DNA of 64,000 nucleotides from Trueperaceae bacterium (GTDB taxonomy: Bacteria > Deinococcota > Deinococci > Deinococcales > Trueperaceae): contig CBDCDZ010000004.1 of the NCBI GenBank assembly GCA_965215565.1, positions 3,936,001 to 4,000,000 on the forward strand, given 5' to 3'. The notes beneath the pieces are model-generated. The model was not told where the DNA came from, made no database searches, and worked only from the letters and a program-made list of their open reading frames with translations. The translations under genes were made by a program, and so were the position numbers. Of the stretch, positions 58,374 to 64,000 are shown piece after piece; positions within the stretch are counted from its first letter, which is position 1; every line of letters begins with the position of its first letter.

Positions 58374-58681
58374 ATCCTATGAAGAGGTGTGTAGCGCTGT
58401 CAAGACTTTGCACTGATAGAGCCACCTACGAAAGTTGCATGAATGTTTTGGATTACAGTTCGGAAGCGTTCCCCTAAGTCTCATCCTGATCGGATTTTAC
58501 ACGGAACCCCTTGTTCATCACATGGAACCGGCGCAAGACGTACCCGTCGGCACTCGCCCCGAACCCACTACCTGAGCGTTTTGCTAAGCTTCTCGTTCAA
58601 CCTCTACCGATGTGTAAATTTAGGGGTTGCTAACCCCTTCATGACTCTGTTAAACTACTTGTCGCTCTAAAGAGCGCGTAT

Positions 58682-58756
58682 TCCGCGGTAGCTCAGTGGT
58701 AGAGCGACCGGCTGTTAACCGGTTGGTCGTAGGTTCGAATCCTACCCGCGGAGCCA
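58682..58756 (+). tRNA. tRNA-Asn(GTT)
   Basis: Cloverleaf TCCGCGG/CCGCGGA, anticodon arm ACCGG-CTGTTAA-CCGGT, GGTTCGAATCC, encoded CCA. Confidence 0.97.
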
Positions 58757-58760
58757 CCCT

Positions 58761-58803
58761 AGACCCTGCCCTGAGCTTAAAAACTCGGGGCAGGGTCTTT
58801 TTC
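58761..58803 (+). terminator. Terminator after tRNA-Asn
   Basis: AGACCCTGCCCTGAG...CTCGGGGCAGGGTCT plus T-run. Confidence 0.8.
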
Positions 58804-58826
58804 TTTGCGCCCGTTATACTCTTTCT

Positions 58827-60170
58827 ATGCCTGACCTCTTCTCTCTTACGCTAAGCGAGCTAGCGCGTACCTACCGCAGGGGCGAACTCACCGCCGTACG
58901 GGTTGCCGAAGCTTATTTGGAACGGCTCGAGCCCAGCCCCATCTACCGCCTCATCACCGAGGAGCGAGCGTTAGCGCAAGCTGAGCGCGCAGATGAAGCG
59001 TTCGCGAGAGGCGAAGATAAGGGACCCCTCCAGGGCGTACCCATCGCGCTTAAAGACCTCATGGATACAGGGGGAGAGGTCACGGCGGCGGGCTCTACGG
59101 TCCTAGCGAAGAACCCGCCTGCCACGCGCGACTGCCCAGCGGCGGCGCGCTTAGACGAAGCGGGCGCAGTATTTCTAGGCAAGACGAACATGACCGAGTT
59201 CGCGTTTTCCGGTCTGGGTCTGAACCCGCACTACGGCACGCCGGGCAACGCTTTAGATTCGGCGCGTATTCCCGGTGGTTCCTCGTCGGGCTCGGCGGTG
59301 GCGGTGGCGAGAGGTCTCGCCGCTGCCGCCATCGGCTCGGACACGGGCGGCTCGGTGCGGATTCCGGCGGCGTTCAATGGGCTCGTCGGGCTCAAGGCGA
59401 CGGATGGTGCGGTGCCGACAGAAGGCTGCGTGCCACTTTCTACCACGCTCGACACGCTCGGACCGATCACCCGAACGGTAGAGGATGCCTGGCACCTGTG
59501 GCGCGTTCTCGCAGGTCAGCCTCCGGCGGCATTTATACCCCAAGAGGTGACAAGCCTCAGATTCCTCGCGCCCACCACAGTTTTACAAGAGGATTTAGAT
59601 GCGGAAGTGAAAGAAGCGTTCGAGCAAAGCTGTAAGAGGTTAGAAGCGCTAGGCGCAACGGTCGAGTATCGTGAAGTATCCGCTATAGACGAGATCGGCG
59701 CGGCGCGCGCGCGTTACGGCTCGTTTGCGGGGCTCGAGTCCTTAGCTCTCTACGAAGACCTGATAGGGCGCGAGGGCGACCAGATAGACCCCCGCGTCAC
59801 CTCGCGTATCTTGAAGCAAAGAGGTAGAACGGCGACGGACTACATCCGTCTAACTTACGCGAGAAAGAGGGTTCAAGCTGCCTTTTGGGAGGCGTGCGCC
59901 TCCTTTGACGCGGTTCTCGCACCCACTGTCGCCACGCTGCCTCCAAACATTGACGACTTGGCGGACGACGCACGCTACTTCGAAACGAACAGCCGCGTGC
60001 TGCGCAACACCTCGGTGTTCAACTTTTTAGGGACGCCCACCGTGAGCGTGCCTGGTGGCACGTCGTCCACAGGCTTATCTGTCGGGCTGATGATCGCGGC
60101 GCGACCTCATGAAGAGCACTTGGCGCTCTCTATAGCGCGGGCGGTGGAGGAGGACCTTAGGAGAGATTGA
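58827..60170 (+). CDS. Amidase signature-family protein
   Basis: GVPIALKD, GKTNMTEFA, PGGSSSGS, GSDTGGSVRIPA; TATACT-N6-ATG. Confidence 0.93.
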   Translation: MPDLFSLTLSELARTYRRGELTAVRVAEAYLERLEPSPIYRLITEERALAQAERADEAFARGEDKGPLQGVPIALKDLMDTGGEVTAAGSTVLAKNPPATRDCPAAARLDEAGAVFLGKTNMTEFAFSGLGLNPHYGTPGNALDSARIPGGSSSGSAVAVARGLAAAAIGSDTGGSVRIPAAFNGLVGLKATDGAVPTEGCVPLSTTLDTLGPITRTVEDAWHLWRVLAGQPPAAFIPQEVTSLRFLAPTTVLQEDLDAEVKEAFEQSCKRLEALGATVEYREVSAIDEIGAARARYGSFAGLESLALYEDLIGREGDQIDPRVTSRILKQRGRTATDYIRLTYARKRVQAAFWEACASFDAVLAPTVATLPPNIDDLADDARYFETNSRVLRNTSVFNFLGTPTVSVPGGTSSTGLSVGLMIAARPHEEHLALSIARAVEEDLRRD

Positions 60171-60230
60171 ACCCGAGCCCAAAAAAGAACAGATGCTTGA
60201 AGACACCTGTTCGTCGCTGATTGAGCGTTT

Positions 60231-60677
60231 TTATCCCGATTTGTCGTTCCGCTGCGTCGCTAGAATGACGCCTAAGATGATAAGACCGACAGCTACTACA
60301 GGTAAAAGCCAACTTGGACCCGAAGAGGATGCAAGCCTGAGCGCCGCACGCTTGTTCGCGAGCATCACATCGCTTACGCGCCCGACGCCGGGAACGCTGT
60401 AACCTTTGCCACGCGCCTTCTCGCCTAAAACGAGGAGCGGTCCGCGTCTGTCGGCGACTTCTAAAGTCAAGCCTTCGTCCGCGAGCAGTGAGGGCACATC
60501 CGTCGCCGAGTAGGTCGTGCCGGCGCGCTGGAAGTTGGGCAGAGAGACCTGGGAGATTTTACGCAGGGTGCCGGCGTTTTGGACCTCTAAACGCATGTGA
60601 CTACCCCTCCCCGTGAACTTGGCGCTCTGACCATCTATCTCGAGGTCTAAGTCAGCGAAGACGCGGCGCGGTTTCAT
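60231..60677 (-). CDS. Hypothetical protein with C-terminal TM helix
   Basis: ORF coupled to 60692-60925. Confidence 0.65.
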   Translation of the reverse strand: MKPRRVFADLDLEIDGQSAKFTGRGSHMRLEVQNAGTLRKISQVSLPNFQRAGTTYSATDVPSLLADEGLTLEVADRRGPLLVLGEKARGKGYSVPGVGRVSDVMLANKRAALRLASSSGPSWLLPVVAVGLIILGVILATQRNDKSG

Positions 60678-60691
60678 CTGTGCGGTTTCAT

Positions 60692-60925
60692 CTACTGATC
60701 AGGTTCGGAGGTAGTAACGCGGATGGTGCCGTCCATCTTCCAGACCGCGCGGGGCGAGTTGGGTCCGGTGTCGCGGGGAATCTCGACGGTCATCTTGTCG
60801 AATTCATAGGTGATCGTTGCGTTGCGCCCGGTCAGCCGCTCGTAAAGCGCCATCCCTAAATCCACAAAGGTAACGCGCTCTTTATCCTCGATATTGGTTG
60901 AGTTGGTCAGTTTGGTATCGGCCAT
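60692..60925 (-). CDS. Small hypothetical protein
   Basis: AAAGGCGG RBS; LYERLTGRNATITYEF...WKMDGTIRVTT. Confidence 0.7.
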   Translation of the reverse strand: MADTKLTNSTNIEDKERVTFVDLGMALYERLTGRNATITYEFDKMTVEIPRDTGPNSPRAVWKMDGTIRVTTSEPDQ

Positions 60926-61238
60926 GTGTTACCGCCTTTCTTGATGTTCCCCACACGGTACGTGAAAGTGACCGAGTAGACCGTAGGCTGCGCCAAAGAT
61001 TCTCTACAAAGCTGCGCTAAAGCTACGCTTGAGGGTGACTGCCAGGCTGCGCCAAAGATTCCCTGAGAATTACCTAAAACCGAGCCCTTAGCTTTTAGCC
61101 GTTAAAGAAGGCTTCTAAGCTAATACCTAGGAGCTAAAAGCCTTGCAAAAAACTGCGTCCAGGACAGCATAATGTGTTTTTGCAAAACATAAGTTCAAGG
61201 TGTTTGGGACGGAAACCTCATGACTAAATCCCAATCTT

Positions 61239-62135
61239 TTAAGCCGCGTGAGCCAGCGTCGGATTCGCGTCCTTGCTGCGCAGCAAACGCGCCGCCGCCA
61301 GCAGCCCGATGACTGTTTTCGCGAGAATATCCGCGAAGACGATTTCACCCATCGCTGCAACGCTCAAGGTCCCCGCGAAAGCGATTACCGTAAAGGTAAC
61401 TGAGTCAATCGGGATGCTGACCGCGTTTGAGGTGGCGACGCGGGTCAGCCAACGACGCGAGATAAAGCGCTGATAGACCTCGGTGTCGGCGGCTTCCGCT
61501 AAGACAATGGCGAGAAAGCCTGCCAAGAGAAAGCGGAGCGGAATTCCCAAGTAAAAGCTCAGCAGCATGTTCGTCACCGCCGCGACGAAAATCATCAGGT
61601 AGACCTGTGTGCGCCCGTAGCGGTGGACGCGGTCTCGTTGGGTGAAGGTGACGCCGAAGAATAGCGTACCGACGGAGAGCAGACCGAAAAGTGGCAAGGG
61701 GATAAAGGTGTCGAAGGTGAAGTTTGCCAAGAGCGTACAGAGGACGTAGACCGTCATCGCGGCGAGCATGGCGGCGTCCTCTTGTAAAAAGCGAGCGTAA
61801 AATTCGCCCATCAAAATAGCGATTAGTGGCGCGGTAAAAAAGAGGGGAGACGCGCCCGCGAAGAGGGTGAGCAGGCTCGAGACCAACCCATTGAGCAGTA
61901 ACGCAGTAAGGATCGTTCCTGCGAGCCGACCTCTTTCCCTAAGCTGCTGGCGCAGATGGTACATCACACCCGTAAAAAGTCCGCCAAAAAAGATAATGAC
62001 GATAAGAGGCAGCGTTGCAGATGCGGCGGCTACACCGTCATCCGATTGTGCTAGATAAAGAAGCAGCGAGCAGCCTAAATTTGCTGTAAGTGTAGCAATA
62101 AGGTAACTAACTATCGGGGAAACCCTAGAAAACAC
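61239..62135 (-). CDS. VUT/YhhQ-family (queuosine precursor) transporter with extra N-terminal TM region
   Basis: LLAN, FFGVTFTQRD, EAADTEVYQ, RVATSNAVSIPIDS..F..IAFAG; AGAGGAG RBS. Confidence 0.8.
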   Translation of the reverse strand: MFSRVSPIVSYLIATLTANLGCSLLLYLAQSDDGVAAASATLPLIVIIFFGGLFTGVMYHLRQQLRERGRLAGTILTALLLNGLVSSLLTLFAGASPLFFTAPLIAILMGEFYARFLQEDAAMLAAMTVYVLCTLLANFTFDTFIPLPLFGLLSVGTLFFGVTFTQRDRVHRYGRTQVYLMIFVAAVTNMLLSFYLGIPLRFLLAGFLAIVLAEAADTEVYQRFISRRWLTRVATSNAVSIPIDSVTFTVIAFAGTLSVAAMGEIVFADILAKTVIGLLAAARLLRSKDANPTLAHAA

Positions 62136-62369
62136 GTAAAACTCCTCTTAAATTTGCGGTTGAGTGGAGCGGTCATGTCACCTCCCGCCGAAATAGAAGT
62201 ATAACGTACGTTCTGCCTCTCTACGCGGCTTGATGAACGAACGCTGAATCTTGTGAGGCACGTGCTGCAGACAGTTGGGCAGCTCTCGCAATCCTTTCTT
62301 CAAGCTTAGTTTGAATTCTAGGGCGTACCCCTCACCACTACCTCTTTAGCATTCAGTTATGCTCGCTAT

Positions 62370-62786
62370 ATGGCAAGCGAATTCACAAGCGAAGACTTTG
62401 TAGGTACAGCGGCAAATTCACTTTTAGAAACACTGAATATAGAGGTCACGTACGCCACGCCCGACGAGGTCAGGGCGACGATGCCCGTCACCTCCAAAGT
62501 CCATCAGCCCTACGGCATCTTGCACGGCGGCGCGTCCGTCGTTTTGGCAGAGACCGCCGCGAGCGTCGGCGCGTCGGTGAGCGTGGACTTGAAACAGCGG
62601 GCGGTGGGCTTGGAGATCAACGCGAACCACCTCCGCGCCAAACGTGACGGGACGTTAGAGGCGGTAGCGACGCCGCTTCACAAGGGGCGCACCACGCAAC
62701 TCTGGCAGATCGAGATTCGGGATGAAGAGGGCAAACTGGTATGCGTGTCGCGCTGCACGTTAGCGATTATCGAGGTGGAAGGCTAG
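62370..62786 (+). CDS. PaaI/MenI-family hotdog thioesterase
   Basis: HQPYGILHGGASVVLAETAAS, VGLEINANHLR; TATGCT-N6-ATG. Confidence 0.92.
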   Translation: MASEFTSEDFVGTAANSLLETLNIEVTYATPDEVRATMPVTSKVHQPYGILHGGASVVLAETAASVGASVSVDLKQRAVGLEINANHLRAKRDGTLEAVATPLHKGRTTQLWQIEIRDEEGKLVCVSRCTLAIIEVEG

Positions 62787-62978
62787 GTAGACCTCTTGGC
62801 AGTTCGCCCGAGTTAGATGAGTTCAAGTTTTTCGTTTGCAAGTTTCCTTATCTCGACCTCTTGCCTAGCTCCACGCAAAGAAAAATCCTCTACACCTTGT
62901 TGGATGCAGAGGTTTTCTCGAGGTACCGCGTTTTCAGCGAGAGGATACTTTTTCATCAGCCATACACTCAATTAAAAT

Positions 62979-63059
62979 AGCGCAGGTACCATCTTTGAAC
63001 GTGCGTACTAAGCGATTTTCTCTCCTAGTGCGAGCGTTTCTGACCAGATGATACCTGCT
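62979..63059 (+). mobile_element. Short MITE-like copy lacking the left ~30 bp
   Basis: AGCGCAGGTACCATC...ACCAGATGATACCTGCT. Confidence 0.75.
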
Positions 63060-63063
63060 TGCG

Positions 63064-63140
<77 letters not shown>

Positions 63141-63146
63141 ATGTGC

Positions 63147-63225
63147 AGCAGGTATCATCTGGTTTACTACACGCTCAGCCGAGAAAACACTAACTAACGT
63201 GCGCATTTGAGAATGATATCTGCGT
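63147..63225 (-). mobile_element. Short MITE-like copy (reverse)
   Basis: AGCAGGTATCATCTGGT...ATGATATCTGCG. Confidence 0.75.
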
Positions 63226-63457
63226 AAGTATTTGGCAACCTGTTACGGAGCCGCTAATAGTCTACTCGAGAATGCGTAAGAGCGTCAAGCAACCACGCTG
63301 CCGAGATACCCCCAAAAGTCGTATGACCTTAAGATTCTAACTGTTCCGGCTCTCGTCAAAACTTTGTAGATCGCCCGTTAGGAACACAGTTTCAACGCTT
63401 AGCACGGAATTGTAACCCAAAACACTCATACAACTTTTATAGGTGACTCCACGCTGC

Positions 63458-63904
63458 CTAGTTATCTTGCCGCACCACCATCACCGTGCAGGGCGCGTGC
63501 CGCACGATGCTTTCAGCGTCGTTGCCCAAGAGGATGCGCGAGGCGGTATTCTGCTCGCGGTTGCCAATAATGATGATGTCTATGCCTAGCTCTTCACTTA
63601 ACTTAATGATTTCGCCGTCTACTTTGCCCATGCGCACATAGGACTCAGTGATGGTACCGTTCATGTCTCTAATTTGCTGAACGTCCCGGTCAAGGCGTTC
63701 TTGCGCCTCTCTTTTGAGCTTGTCATACTGCGCGTTTGAAAGCGTGTCGGGGTGCGTCCACCGGGAGAGCATTCCGACGTGGATAACGTGCAACTCGGAG
63801 TCGGTCTTTTTGGCTAAGTCCACCGCCGTCTTCATGGTATGGGATATTCCCTTGATACCGTCCACAGTTAAGAGCAACTTCATGGGAAAGGTTTCTGCGT
63901 TCAT
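63458..63904 (-). CDS. Universal stress protein
   Basis: LLLTVDG, LHVIHV, DIIIIG, ILLGNDAESIVRHAPCTVMVVR. Confidence 0.9.
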   Translation of the reverse strand: MNAETFPMKLLLTVDGIKGISHTMKTAVDLAKKTDSELHVIHVGMLSRWTHPDTLSNAQYDKLKREAQERLDRDVQQIRDMNGTITESYVRMGKVDGEIIKLSEELGIDIIIIGNREQNTASRILLGNDAESIVRHAPCTVMVVRQDN

Positions 63905-64000
63905 GATTCACCCCTCTTCACTGATGAAAGCGTCGTTTGACTGAGCGACGCGCCCACTTGACCTCTTGTTTTCCTCTTGCTTTCTTACGGTTTTTTACCC

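Noticed and set aside
62169..62199. preQ1-I-like hairpin GCGG-TCATGTCACCTC-CCGC on the + strand
   Set aside because: It is on the wrong strand for the transporter gene and lacks the canonical loop and A-rich tail.

Overview
A ~58% GC bacterial chromosomal window, most likely Deinococcota (Trueperaceae-like). This is inferred from many genes with a TANNNT -10 box exactly 6 nt before the ATG (leaderless mRNAs), a Cys-less FmdB protein and several Uma2 genes. It holds the 5' part of a Pil-Chp-type chemosensory operon (response regulator, CheW, two MCPs) and housekeeping genes (gpsA, nth, ppgK, fadD, acyl-CoA dehydrogenase, paaK/paaJ-like). It also holds an intact parDE pair, a hicB with a dead hicA, an orphan GldC-like gene, and an ECF sigma/RskA-like anti-sigma module flanked by exported proteins built from four copies of one beta-propeller-like domain. 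A stress cluster (two SRPBCC proteins, Zn-dehydrogenase, SDR, DUF2243, SodC), tRNA-Asn(GTT) and tRNA-Pro(CGG) complete the gene content. The most interesting signals are non-coding. (1) Four homologous cassettes, each a near-consensus TTGACG-N17-TA(T/C)A(A/C)T promoter followed by a ~45-60 nt terminated RNA, are interspersed in the 32.9-40.3 kb stress cluster; two share a further ~150 bp upstream block with codon-like substitution periodicity. (2) About ten copies of a 111-bp TA-flanked MITE-like element occur, two of them bracketing tRNA-Pro as inverted repeats. (3) The palindrome CTCGAG is strongly over-represented (~108 by manual count). No CRISPR array, integrase or transposase gene was seen. 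All product calls come from motif recognition by eye, not database searches.
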